Source: Catajapyx aquilonaris (Eukaryota). From it: a stretch of 42,750 nt of DNA. The position numbers and the translations under genes were made by a program. The stretch is from the NCBI GenBank assembly GCA_000934665.2, contig KZ538197.1:62001-104750 (forward strand). Direction: 5' to 3'. The notes under the pieces were generated by a model that made no database searches, had not been told where the DNA came from, and saw nothing but the letters and a program-made list of their open reading frames with translations. Below are positions 13,133 to 25,379 of the stretch, in pieces. Every line of letters begins with the position of its first letter. Within the stretch, counting starts at the first letter, position 1.

Positions 13133-16100
13133 ATTATTCCTAATGCCACATGCGCAGTCGTCGCCTCGACCACCAATATCCAGACAGGTAGGCCACCCAC
13201 GAGCCGCTATTGTCTTACCCAAAACCGTATGCGACAGGGGCAAGTCATCGTATATGATGTAGTCAACTCTCGGTCAAATATAATTACGGCAGATTGCGTC
13301 AGTCGTTATATCGTATATCCTGCAATGCCACTATACCAGCAGTATATGAATTAGGTGTTTCACACATCATCGATATTTTCATTTGAAACAAATATAGCCT
13401 AAAAACCTGACTGCAAATGTTAGACTTTGTTTTGAACTGGTGAATGAGTTCATGCTTTGACTACTGATCATCCCAGATGTTTTGACTACACCCCCTGAAC
13501 ACTTCTAATGCGCGATGGCAAACCGCCCGCCCGCCTTTCCAATGCAGTTTGACTGCAGTCAATAAAACCTGCCAATGGAATTGGATAACAAACACGTCAG
13601 CCTCAAGAAAAGAACAAAAAACAAAACTGGTGGTTGCATCCCAGATTCGACCTTTATCACCTTGGTGCCCATCCACCTGCTACCTTCTCAGATTCCGAGC
13701 AAACAAACCAGCAAGTCTGGCCGGGTAGGCGACCCCATCCAGCAACCTATCCAACAATCGAGCCAGCGCCCCTAGCCATCCACAGATTTGCTCTCACAAT
13801 ATCCTGCCAACTTTCCTTCCAATATTGACCCTCTGAATCAGTCAGTCGCCGCCTGCCTATTTGTAAAACCAACATGGATGGATATACACCTGAAAGCTGT
13901 ATGCATATTTCAATCTAATGGCGCGCTAATTTCCCCAACAGTGCGCCTACCCCTCTCCTTTTCTCGTTTCTTTTTTGTTTCCTCAGAGGCCCTAAGCTGC
14001 GTGGGGAAAGCACCTTCACGCCATTTTGGAAACAAATGAAGCCAATCTGGGCGCAGCACGCAACCGGACATGCTTGTCCCAACTCTTTACCTTTCACTGT
14101 TCCGACGCAGGATGTGCGCTACAAAAGTTCGCCACCATCAATATTTCCTTCGGCTTTGAAAATAACGTTCAAGACTGAAGGTGGGTGGTACCGGTTCCAC
14201 ACGGCCATCCAAACCACTACCATTCAATTTGGACTGCAATCAGTTCGCTGCCAGCAAGGTATTGGAGCAATTAATTTTTAACAATGTATTATTACGTTGA
14301 ATCCTTTTTTTTTAAAAAAAAAAAAGCATGGACGCCTCAGTTTACAAGGTAGTTTTGGAGGGACCGTGGTGTATGTTACAAAGAGCGTGAAGGAAGGGGT
14401 TAAATTCGTCTACAGACGCGCTGTGAATATAGTATATCGGACTGAGACTCGTGTCGCGGCATGTTTTAGATAGGGAAAAACACGAGGGCCTGGTGGTCCG
14501 TATTTTATCTGCCTTACCTCCCTTACAAAAAGAAGGAGAGAGAAGAATGGGAAACGAGGGGAAAGCAACTGGAATCGTGGAAGGTGTTATCGCGACTTGT
14601 GATTTGCACGATACAGCTGCTTTTCCTATAAGGCACGACTCTTACGTCAAGCTCCCGTCAACTGAAAATCTGGCCAAATCTCCACTTCTTTGTGACATAA
14701 CCGTGTCATGAATGGCAATTTGGTTCGAGAAAAACGGTTGAGCAAGAAATTGTCGACATATTCAGGCCATAAAATATTGCGAGTTCTGATGCTGAGGTGA
14801 CCGGGGGGGCACCTATAGATGTACGAAAAAACACGTGGGTGCCGCTATGTATGGTCCAGCTCAAGATGCGGTTGTTACTCGAGATGCGCCTCTCGGAGCA
14901 ACTTGAAATATCAAGTGCTATTGTGCCGAGTTGTCAAATACACTGAATATACGCCGTCGACAATCGGGGCCAGAATCCAGTTTGGCCAACAATGCAGAGG
15001 AATCTTTTGTGCGGAGGACTGTTGACACGCCCAACTCTTAGGGGTCTCCCGAGTTGAAAGTGGTTAGAGAGAGAAGCTATTTGCCTGATGGACCCTGACA
15101 GTCTTTTTGTTTGCCAAACGAGGAAATGCCAAACACCTTACGCCTCCATGTCCCGTCCCATTGACAACATAATCTGGCTTCAATCAGAACCCACCTTCTA
15201 AACGGGTCCCTTCTACAAGCACAGGCCATCCTCATTATTCCACCGGAGGTTGACACAACACGCGCGCAGAATACCAATACTTTTGGGGCCTTGAGTGCCA
15301 ACGTCAAGTGTAGCAATGCACTCAATTAATGATATCTGCTCTTCAGATCGCGACTGACGGCTACTTTTCACATTTTCTGCTTCCTCAATTCCCCTAGCAT
15401 GTCAGTTACTAACAACTATTCTGCTGGTGGCCCAGCGGCATTTCAGAACAGCACGAATACGTAACCCTGCAAAAACTGTGATTGATAGTGTCAAATATAG
15501 GATATGACAGTGTTACAGTAAATCGTCAATTACTGGAAGGCGTTTTGTTGTTTGGAAAGCAAAAAATGAGACCCATTTAGTAATGTATTCAAAACACAAC
15601 AGGGTCAAACAAGAATATTTAGCCGGCGGGTGTATACTGCCCATACGCAATTCCTGCCCAATTTTGGAGCCATTTGTCTACAACGTTGTTTCGCTTTTAA
15701 TAAGGTAATCATAAATATGGCCGTGTGCATGCAATAAAACAAAGCACCCTCTCCATCTTTTATGCTCCAAAGGATGCAGTACTGTACATGGGTCGTAAAC
15801 ATTATATTTTACGCGCAAGTTACGAAGGTCCCAATTAGCTTATAAAAAATTTATTACACTCCGCTATTTGCAGTCCAAAAAATATGTACTGTATACACAA
15901 CCGTACCGTTTCAACCTCAAAAAAGACCCTCGTCTTTTTTGTGGCATCCAAAGCAACCGTGAGTGTTACGATTTACCCACATTTCCCAGACCCAACTCCG
16001 GTTCCAGACTACGTGGTTTTACACCGGTGACCGATCCATTCGTTCCACTATTTTGGGCTTAAATCCCAAGCCCCGATTTCTGAATGGCGACCCATTATTT

Positions 16101-17164
16101 TTAGCAAAATTTTTAATGACCCCACTGAAGTTTTGTTATCCCAGCGGGGAGAGTTCCCGTATTCATTCTTTACAAACCCAGGTATAAAAAAAAGGGAAGT
16201 AGAAAAAAAAATACAAGTTCGTACCATACCGAAATCAAAAGTTCCATATAGCGCGTCCGTCTCCCCCAAGGTGAGACCAATAAAAAGAAGAAAAAAAAAA
16301 TCCAGGTACGTAACCCAGCTGGTCACACCACGGTCGGCAGTGATGCGGTCGGCCGCAAAAGCACGTCGAATGCTGAAGAAATACTAATCCCACTCGACTT
16401 TTACCTTCACCCTTCCAGACCGCAGACTAAACCTAAAACTGCGTTGCACAGAACGTCATTTCCAACTATACACATTGGATGATAATCAAAATGTTTTCAA
16501 GATTCTATTGCAATTTTTTGATCTCACCTTTTATTTCTTTTTGCAGATATTTCAACTTGGACCGCATACCCTTCTACTTAAAAAAAAATGAAGAAAGTGG
16601 GAAGGGGTTGGATATTCATCTTTCCAGGCCCTCTCTTGGTATGGAATGCAGCATGTAAGTCTGACTTTTTTCCCTCGTCTGTAGCTTACATTCCAGCCCG
16701 GGGAAGCCCTGATGCCGATAGCCTAGTCCCCCGGGTCATTTTCACACCCAAAACAACGTGACCCCTTTTTTTCTATTCAAGCTCTTTATAACCCACCTCA
16801 GGGTCAATTTTGACTTAGGCTGGAACTCGGGATAGAAATGAAACTGATAGTCAGTTTATGCCACAACATGCTTCCCACGATGTTCCTTGCCCTCGAGTAT
16901 GACGTGGTGTTATATTTCGGTGTGTTGTGAGCAAATAACACGGAGTAAGCTGCCAGAGTGCAAGTACATCCCATTTGTGTTTACGTAGCGATTATTTCGA
17001 GTTCTGTTGTTGGGATTTTACGATCAGGTGTCTTCGGCGTATACATGGTGGTCCGCGACCTATCAAATTGAATGCGGATACGACACTTTTTCCTTGAACC
17101 GTCGCCCCCGCTTGTGTACACACACGAGATGATGCAACTGGGATGCAATGTGCTGTTAACTCAC

Positions 17165-17467
17165 CGTCCAGCTGAATGTGAAGGGTAGCAGCAACTTGGC
17201 TTGGGCCTTCTCAGGATCGGTGAAGGTGAAAGAGTTGCCTCCGACCACAGGGCTGGAGGCGTTTCCATACGAACACGAGCCCGTCGATGTCACGTTACTC
17301 TGGTATTGCTTTAGACACACGTGGAAGTAGGTCTGGCAGTCCTCGGGGCACACCGACACTGGGCTAGCTCGAGCTACGCCACGGCAACACCGACCGTCTT
17401 CCAGTTCTCCCAAGTAGTTCTGAAGCTCCAGGATTTCCAGTTCGAAGTAGCCGGATGACAACACCAC
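17165..17467 (-). CDS. Ser: Serrate/Jagged-family Notch ligand, coding exon 2 (N-terminal MNNL/C2 domain), partial gene
   Basis: Translates VVLSSGYFELEILELQNYLGELEDGRCC...CQTYFHVCLKQYQSNVTSTGSCSYGNASSPVVGGNSFTFTDP...LLLPFTFSWT. This has the hallmark DSL-ligand MNNL motifs (G.FEL, CC, C.T.F.vCLK.YQ, C.yG, GgnSF, LPFtF.W); the ending LPFTF.WT resembles arthropod Serrate more than Delta (recalled, not searched). Acceptor tttcAG at 17470-17468, donor GTGAGT from 17164; 303 nt, phase 0/0. Confidence 0.93.
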
Positions 17468-20400
17468 CTGAAAATGACCATTGTTGCATTTTAGTGTGAG
17501 TCACATAATTGTATAATTGCTGTTATGCACTTGAGACGTTTCAACTCGCTAAGCAATTTTTGATGCACTAGATTTTTCTGTGTGCATTAAGCCATCACGT
17601 CCGAAACGAATTAATTCCTGATCGCAAGTGACGGTGAGAATCCAACAATGCACATGCCCCGCTTTGATTGGTATTAATTTCACGCAGATTCGGATTAGGT
17701 CTGTCTGGGAATCGGATACGCTTCAGCAGGTAACAGTGAATATCCTGAAACAGACTGGTTACACCCTGTATCCGAAAGTGTCATTTCTGATTGTTTTTGT
17801 CTGTCGGCTCATCTCAAGAGGAAAATCACTGCAGGGACAAGTGTAACTAATACTTCTAATTCCATTCCACAACCCATCCTTACACCATTCAGATTCCCAT
17901 GCAGTGCTCTCCAAGTGATCAAACACTGGGATTGTAACACATGGGAACCATACGCTGTAATGCTCATCTTTTTGCCACCAAAGATTTATCATTATTTTTC
18001 ATCATATTCTATCTTTGGAAATCACGTAAATGGTCATACCGACAGTGTGCGTAACTGCCATACTTGAAGATGAGGACATGTAGAAATGAACTTTCGCGAA
18101 ATTTTTATCAACATGGAGGCGATCTCAATTTTGAAGTACAGCTTATGAAGCTTATAAAGATTAGGACGATTCATTAATCCCATACTAATATTGACAATGC
18201 AGTATTTACAACTTTCAGTATATCCTGTGGAATTTTCATATAGAGCACACAATGTGTATGGTGTTTTGTCATTATGCTCACACATTTGCGACATGCAAAT
18301 ATTTCATTTAAAACGCGTCTGGAACAACGGATGTGCCACTCTAATGCGTCCTTTGTATGCATGCTGATTTTGTGGCTTAAATAAATTATGGCTATAGGGA
18401 ACATCTTATCTGCTCTAAGGCCTGCGGGATAAATTAACTTATAGGTCAAAGGGAGAAATATTAGGATTATGTACAGTAGTTGTTGTTGTTATCAAAAGCT
18501 TACATGTTGCAATCACTCTTGACGGTGACAAAGGTGTTATTGGATTCATAAAACCATAATGGTGCACATAAACCTGTGTAGTCAAAACAATGTTCAAGTT
18601 GAGTGATAAGACACAGGAAATTAACTAATTAAGACATCCGGATGACCATTGGCCTTGCCATGGCTGGTAGAATTTTAATTTTCAAATATACCGGTACTGT
18701 ATAATTATTATGATACCAGAGAATATCATCAAGTAGGGTGCATGTCACCAAATATCCCTTTGCAGTAAAAGTTCAAGAAACTTTTCCATGCTGTGCAAGT
18801 CTAATGTGACTCTTCCAGTCTTCCTTATCCTTCATAATCATGCAACATAGTGCGATATATTTTGTTGCACACGCAGAAATGATCAAAGTTTTTGGCACGA
18901 TTTTTCAGCATGTGAAATATTTACCTTACGTAGAAAAAATGCACTTACAGAATGTGTGCAAAACTTTACATTGTATGAAAAACCAGTCACCACTGAGTGA
19001 TTTCGACATATTATGGTGACGTAAGTTTGCAGACTGATTTCATTGTCCCGTATAGGCCTCTGGGATAATATTTTTAAAACATTTCTGCAGAGTGTAGAAG
19101 ACAATAATTGCTTGTTATACTGTATATCTGACTTAACCATCAGACAGAACGAGTCAATGACTATATTAAACAATGATTAACTCAACATATATCAAAACCT
19201 GACTCTGATGGTTACACAAGGCAAGGTGTTATTGTACCTTTTTATAATATTCATCAGTTCAAAATGACTTTCATATACATGGACTTGCTTAGTTTTTGGG
19301 CGCCTTCTGTGGATGATGCCACGCATTTCAATTTGCAAATCGGTTGAAATATTAACCAACTACTTGCCAATACTTATAAATTTTATCAGTATTGGCAAGT
19401 GGTTGGTTACCATACTTTCCATCATAGTTAACCAATAGTGCGCATTTATTTCATTTGCCCATTACTATTGACTCCGTAGGAATCTGGAATGTAAGAATGA
19501 TATATGCCCTAGACGATTTTCAGGTCAGTAAAACCTAAATATGTTGTGAACTTTTGGTCATCTTGTATAGGAATTGTCCACTGGAGTAGGCTACAATTTT
19601 CTACGCCAACCGTTCATATTCGCGGATGACGTCAACCTGGGCTTTTAAAGACCACTAACACATGCTTATACTGGCCTAATGATGTAGGCATGCAGACATT
19701 TTAGTCCTTTTTGTACCAAATGTGGCATGGAACTCGGTTGTTGAAAATAAGTACAGTATAGTATGCAATGTATGCTGGTATAATACTTATTCTCCTCTCG
19801 TCACATTTTGGAACTGTTCACTTTTTGAACGACCCCCATATCCTGTTCCACAAAACATCCTGAATATGAATCATTCTAATGAACTCCCTGCCGATCCTAT
19901 ATTAGCCCCTAATGACGGTTCGTTTGAAAATCGGAAAATAAATGGCCACGTCTCAGGATTAGTTTACTGAAGAATAAAAAAAAGGATCCTTCATTGTTGA
20001 TAAACCAACCGTCACATTTTTCATGATCCAATAACAGCTTAACTAATTAGTGCTAATAATAAAGTAACATATTAACCGCAAAATTCTAATGTATCACCCA
20101 GCTTGTTTCAGCACCGGTAAATAATCACTTTGTATAAATGTTTGCTATAATGTGTGATAACTGCCACTTAAGTCTCTTACATGGCAGAATTCAGATGGCG
20201 TTCTTTATAATTATGGCATGTTTAAAATTGTATACTAACACTTACGCGGAAATTTAGCTATCCAGCATTTTATGCATGCACGTAGTATTTAACGGTCGGT
20301 TGTATTTTTTTAAAAGGCAAAATCGCCGATTAATTTGTAGTACATATGATTTCATATTTTCTGAATTCTGCTCTAATAATTTTTATTTAATGACTACTAA

Positions 20401-20639
20401 TCGCATATGCAGCTATTTGTGGAATACACCCGTTAAAACATCACATTTTGTCACCTGGCTAAACACCCAGGTGAAGGTGCTAAGACTAATAAGTCACCAC
20501 TGAATTAAAAGCCTATTCCCCCAGGTGCGATTTTGACACCCTGAAAGGTCCCCTCCTGAGGACCCGGGCGCCAAAAAGGCCTCCTGTTGGACAACCAACA
20601 CCAACGGCCAGCGTGGGCCGACGAACCATCAAAACCCAC
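17468..20639 (-). other. Intron 1 of the Serrate/Jagged CDS (3172 bp, GT-AG)
   Basis: Bounded by GTGGGT donor (20639) and tttcAG acceptor (17468); depends on the exon 1 call. Confidence 0.75.
19353..19409. repeat. 57-bp hairpin/palindrome
   Basis: 28-bp arms TAACCAACTACTTGCCAATACTTATAAA / TTTATCAGTATTGGCAAGTGGTTGGTTA, 2 mismatches, 1-nt centre. Confidence 0.9.
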
Positions 20640-20699
20640 CTGTGCACCGGCGGCCAGCAGGAGCAGAATCGGGAGCCACATTCCCGGCGGCCTGCACAT
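20640..20699 (-). CDS. Ser: Probable first coding exon of Serrate/Jagged (signal peptide)
   Basis: ATG at 20699 gives MCRPPGMWLPILLLLAAGAQ (hydrophobic core, small-residue C-region), ending at CAG|GTGGGT in phase 0, which matches the phase-0 acceptor of exon 2. Spliced junction reads ...AAGAQ-VVLSSGYFEL. The second ATG (MWLP) is an alternative start. Confidence 0.8.
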
Positions 20700-21170
20700 A
20701 TTTGCGACACCACTCCTGCGAAATGTGCGTGACACATGAAGCACGACCCGAAACTAACACCCCGGTCCCGTACACGTAATGCACAAACACACACTCTTCT
20801 CTCTTATGTCCACATGGAAGACAATGCAGAACCCAAATCCACCATCCAACGACGCCGGCCCTTCTCTGAGTCAAGCAAGCCGCCTGTCAAGATCGGAAGG
20901 CAGCGCGCTGGGCCCAGGGGGGCCAACCTTCTCTGCGCAGGCGCACAGTGGCAGCTCAGTGTCGCAGCTGCCAGCATCCTGAATCTGGTAACCCCACCCG
21001 CGTTTTGCCCCACCAACCCTGCCAGCATCCGTGCACAATGGTGGGAATCATGCAAGAGGGGAGGGGATGTAGCTGGAGGAGGAGGAGGAGGAGGATGCCG
21101 GCCACTTTTTAGGAGGGGAATGCACATTCCGATTCGGGGAATGGGCGGGTGGTCACCATGGAGGAATTAA
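20700..21170 (-). promoter_or_regulatory. Candidate 5' UTR / proximal promoter of Serrate
   Basis: GC-rich block directly upstream of the ATG with a GTGGGAA CSL/Su(H)-like core (21041), a CAGCTG E-box (about 20965) and a (GGA)n tract; TSS not determinable. Confidence 0.4.
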
Positions 21171-21276
21171 GGTGGTTGTCATCAATTCAGGGGTGACGGA
21201 TCAGAGGATGTTGGCTACTTTCATAGCTGTCACCTGATAGGATTTTTTGGATCATCCAAAGTACTTCGTCCAAATA

Positions 21277-21491
21277 CCGTGGTGAGATTGTGCCAGGTGG
21301 GGTGAGATTGTGCCAGCGCATTTTTTGACAACGGTGGCAATAGGAGTAAATTAGCGAATTTAGGCATGTTTCACTACATCGAGGGATGGTCAAGGTTGGG
21401 AATGACGAGTAAAATTCGCGGTAGGGCGCACTGTTGTCTAAAAAAAATGCGATGGCACAATCTCACCCCACCTGGCACAATATCACCAGTG
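21277..21491. mobile_element. TA-flanked MITE (215 bp) with tandem subterminal repeats
   Basis: About 55-bp imperfect TIRs, each with two copies of GGTGAGATTGTGCCA; TA at 21275-76 and 21492-93. Confidence 0.85.
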
Positions 21492-22582
21492 TACCTTTGT
21501 TTTAATACGACTTGTGGATACGGTCCTAACCCTATGATGATACATATACTCGTATAGATGACCCCAAACTGGCGCTGGCGGTGGGGGAATTCAGAATAGT
21601 ACGGTACAAGTCGTGGGATCAAGAGAAAGCCGGATAATCGAGATTCTACTGTAGTATTGAAGTTATATTGCTGCTGATGCGATTAGGGAGATACTGAGAA
21701 TCGAAGTTGCCCTGAAAAATGGAGGTGAGAGGGCAAGTTGGCAAGTACGGTGTCTTGCCTGCTAATTTGCCCGATGGCGTGCCTGCTAGATTACTGATTC
21801 TCTTGAAGGGAGATGAAGAAATATTTGGTGGCCTCGAATCGAGTAATTACTGCATTTTGCTTCTCACTTAAGCGTATTCAAGTAATTATACTATGAAATA
21901 AACTAGGAGCTGCACACGAATTCAGTTGCTAAAACCTTTAAATTGTAAATATTGTGAATACTTATTCATGTGAAACTGTGAATGATTATAACTATATAGT
22001 AGTTGCAGAGGACTCATTGTATTGATAGTATGAGTACAGTACCTGCTATTATCATTTTCTTTATATAGAAAGAAACTGTAATACATGTAGTATGTGTATA
22101 CTGTTAGTCCAAATCCGGTAACAGATATTTATTTGCAAAGGAAAAATTAGTCACTGTTCAGTTACAGCAAGGATTAGCATTTCATCATTCATCATTTTCC
22201 ACCAAACTGGCTTCATGTATGATTTTTTGGGATGTAACACTGGTAACCGTCAGTTACAAACTACCAATGAAGTCGAATATACGTGTGCAGTACAGCTTAT
22301 TTACTGTAACTTACTCCTTATTTCTAAGAACTTGCCTTTTAACATGAATGCCATGACATCAGTGAAGTTTGTTTTCAGTTACGGTATACACTTTATGTCG
22401 CCCTGTAGCTTTTAGGCGCAAGGGGTCTTTGAGTAAGTCATATCTGTCACCATTTTTTCGAAATAGTTTAGAATGAAGCTAATATCAGCCGCATAAATAC
22501 GATGGCTTTTCTTATGATACAAGAAAAGGATGTCCCTGCAAATGTGCTGATGTCGTATTACCGGTAATTCCCTACATACACG

Positions 22583-23871
22583 TAGTAAGGGAGATCGAGG
22601 CCAGTAGTTGTAACATCGGCAATAATAAATACGTTTGGAAGGTCTTGAAGGTGAAACTCACAGTACGTGCTGTGCCACTATAATTATGTCCTCTAAGCCG
22701 GGTAAAGCTTAGACTACTCCTTTTTGTTCTTCTATATGCAAAATCCCAAAATCAAGGTGTGTTCCCTACTTTTGTGATTGGCAGTAATCATGTGATTATG
22801 GGGAGGGTAGAGGACGGTGTTATTGGATTTCCCTTGGTATCATGGGAAAGGTTCGTTTAGTGGAGTCACACTGACGGTATGGATGACCAAATCTTGCGCA
22901 CAGTTAAAAGTAGTAAGCATATCTACAAGACAACACACAATGGTTGTAACAGTTCCTTGGGGTCAGTTGTAACATGGTAAAATCATGAGAGAAAGGTCAA
23001 GTATGTGTACAGATGTTACAGCTACATATCTCACAGGACATTGAGAGTAGAAATAGTTATTATTTGGAGAGGCGCGGTGGCTGAGAGGGGAACGTCTCGG
23101 CTTGCTGTGCGGAAGGTTCCGGGTTCGAAACCCGCCTGGGCGTTCCCTTTCACCTGCGTCGGGAGGGTCTCTGACCCGCGCCTTGGAGGCGTCTGGCAAC
23201 ATAACCTCCAGGGAGACTGCACATGACCCTTGTTTAGACATTGCACCTGCACCTGTGTCTCCTCCCCAAAAATCCCCATCCTTACCCCATTTGTCCTTTC
23301 ATCCTTGCACCGGAGTTGAAGAAAAATTGCAGAAAGTTGATGGCAAATAGTGGCATTCCACTGCCCTCAGAGGGCCCCTGGCCATATCATGGGGTAACGT
23401 AAAAAAGTTATTATTTTGTGCAATAAAGCCTCTTATAACCTGTTGGTAGAAAACATATGAATAAAAAATCCATTTTCTTGTAATACTTATCTGCTGAATA
23501 AATTCCAGTATATCAAGAGATATAAAGAGTAGGCCTAATCTAGGTGGATCAAGTAGGCTATAAGACAATATATTGTCGAGAAGATGAGTGGGTGCAAAGT
23601 GTAAACATTACTATTCTTCCATCATATTACCGTGTTACAATCGACCCCGACCTCTGTTACAACCACCCCTATGATGGGGTCGGTTGTAACACTCTCCCTT
23701 GCTTTGGAAAAATATTTATAAATCTATCAATTTTTAATCTTAAGATTTATAATGTTAATTTTACCTGCCTTATTTCCACCATATCAAAAACCTTTACCTA
23801 AATGCATATGTAAGTTAACTGAATTAAAAAATCCAGACTAAAAAGTGTTACAACCCCGATCTCCTTTACTT
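22583..23871. mobile_element. Degenerate non-autonomous pogo/Tc1-like DNA transposon carrying a nested SINE
   Basis: Left AGTAAGGGAGATCGAGG...TTGTAACA (22584) versus right TGTTACAACCCCGATCTCCTTTACT (23846-23870); GTTGTAACA motifs repeated internally in both orientations (about 22943, 22967, 23633, 23656, 23683). Confidence 0.7.
23066..23405 (+). mobile_element. tRNA-derived SINE, second type (340 bp)
   Basis: A-box TGGCTGAGAGG (23078), B-box GGTTCGAAACC (23122), short A tail, 11-bp TSD AGTTATTATTT at 23055-23065 and 23406-23416. Confidence 0.88.
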
Positions 23872-24312
23872 ATAATTACCGTATTTTATTACATGGCTTA
23901 TCATGTGCAGTATAGTAAAGTTATTTTCTCACGGATCGTTATTGAGGGCAGAGATCCTTGAACTGCAGCCTATGCGTGTGGTCTTTGAATGGATCTTTTG
24001 CGGTTTTCCCTGTTCATTTCTTAGTAAGTTATGTGTCAAGGAAGGAATTCGATCCAGAGGCATATAAACTGGATTTGTCGTTGAATGAAAAATGAAAAAC
24101 TACATACTGTATATACAGGGTTGTTGAAACGCCATTAATGGTTAGCAATTTTTTGGCACCGAGCCGTAATAAGCAGATTAGTCCCAAATGTCGCTATAAG
24201 CACTAATGCATTTTTAATGAAACAATTACTATAAAAATTACTATATTAGTATAGTATAGTATAGTAACTGATTTCTATTATGCAACTTCGGTTGCTCAAC
24301 AAATGACTGGAG

Positions 24313-24335
24313 AATAACCCCGGTCCCCTTTACTG
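24313..24335. mobile_element. Solo right TIR related to the 22583-23871 element
   Basis: AACCCCGGTCCCCTTTACTG|TA resembles AACCCCGATCTCCTTTACT at 23852-23870; no partner end found. Confidence 0.45.
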
Positions 24336-25335
24336 TAAGGCCAAATACCGCCAAATACAGTACACGTACAGTATTACCCACATTGCTGACACCCTTATTC
24401 TTTGGTAGGCTATATCCCGTGAGCGACGTTACTTATGGCACATGCCTCACCTCTCTTGAGGAATTTGCTGCAAGTATAATGGCACTCACTAGTTAATTAT
24501 ACTAAAACACAAGTGTCGGCAATAATACTGTACTTGGCCAGTAGTACATAATTATAATTATAATTTAAGAAGATAATTATGCTATAGGAATGAAAAGAAC
24601 TGTGTTCCCCTGGGTCACGTTGGTTGCTGTTCTGATAATTCGCATATGAATACTATGTTCACTTCTTAATTATTTGACGATGGCTATTTAATGATGACTG
24701 TTCTATTTTCTTTGACCGTAGTAATAAATTATTTTTATAACATGCATGCGTCAGATTCTGGAGAAATAGGAAGTCCTGTAGCCTGGAAAAGGTCTGATTC
24801 ACTACGAGCTTGCAGAATAAGAATAACACATCTTGTCTTCTCCCCATAATAATTATATTTTGTCATCACTCATATTATAGCAGCACAATGTTTTATTCCA
24901 ACTGTCCACCGCCCTGCCGCATATATGCACTCCGGTGAGCACTGGTTAAGCACAAAAGGACATTTGGATAGATAATGCAGAGTTGACAGCTTAACTCTTC
25001 ATGCGCCATGATAAACAATGAGAGTTTAAAACAATTACTATGGACCCAATCACAATCACAATCACAATAGTGTTGATAAACAAACTGCATTTTATAATTC
25101 CACCAACAAGTGAGTATAAACAATTTTCTCTTATAAGTCGGTAACCATTACACCACAATCGGTCTAACAGTAAGTCCTGAATAAAAAATAATCCGGCAAC
25201 ATAATTAATTCGCGCGATAAATCATTGAAGAGGGCTCCACGTGTGTGCAGCATCTCATTTGCGAACACTTCACTAGAACACCAATTAGTTTTTTTTCGTA
25301 ATTGAGGAGACAAAAAAGTCGTATAACTAGTCGCG

Positions 25336-25379
25336 ATTGGTGAATTGCAGGCACTGTTCAGTGTCTGCAATTCACCAAT
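25336..25379. repeat. 44-bp hairpin/palindrome
   Basis: ATTGGTGAATTGCAGGCACTG-TT-CAGTGTCTGCAATTCACCAAT, 21-bp arms, 1 mismatch. Confidence 0.9.

Larger units (their letters stand above)
1..17164 (-). other. Large intron 2 of Serrate/Jagged (>17 kb, runs off window)
   Basis: Strong GTGAGT donor at 17164. I did not find the expected next exon (about RSFTLIL.A.D, then the DSL domain) in 1-17164; a very short exon could have been missed by eye. Confidence 0.65.

Noticed and set aside
16690..16826. GGGTCA(A/T)TTT motifs and TTCCAGCC/GGCTGGAA inverted repeat suggesting a MITE
   Set aside because: Only an 8-bp inverted match and no TSD; boundaries unsupported.
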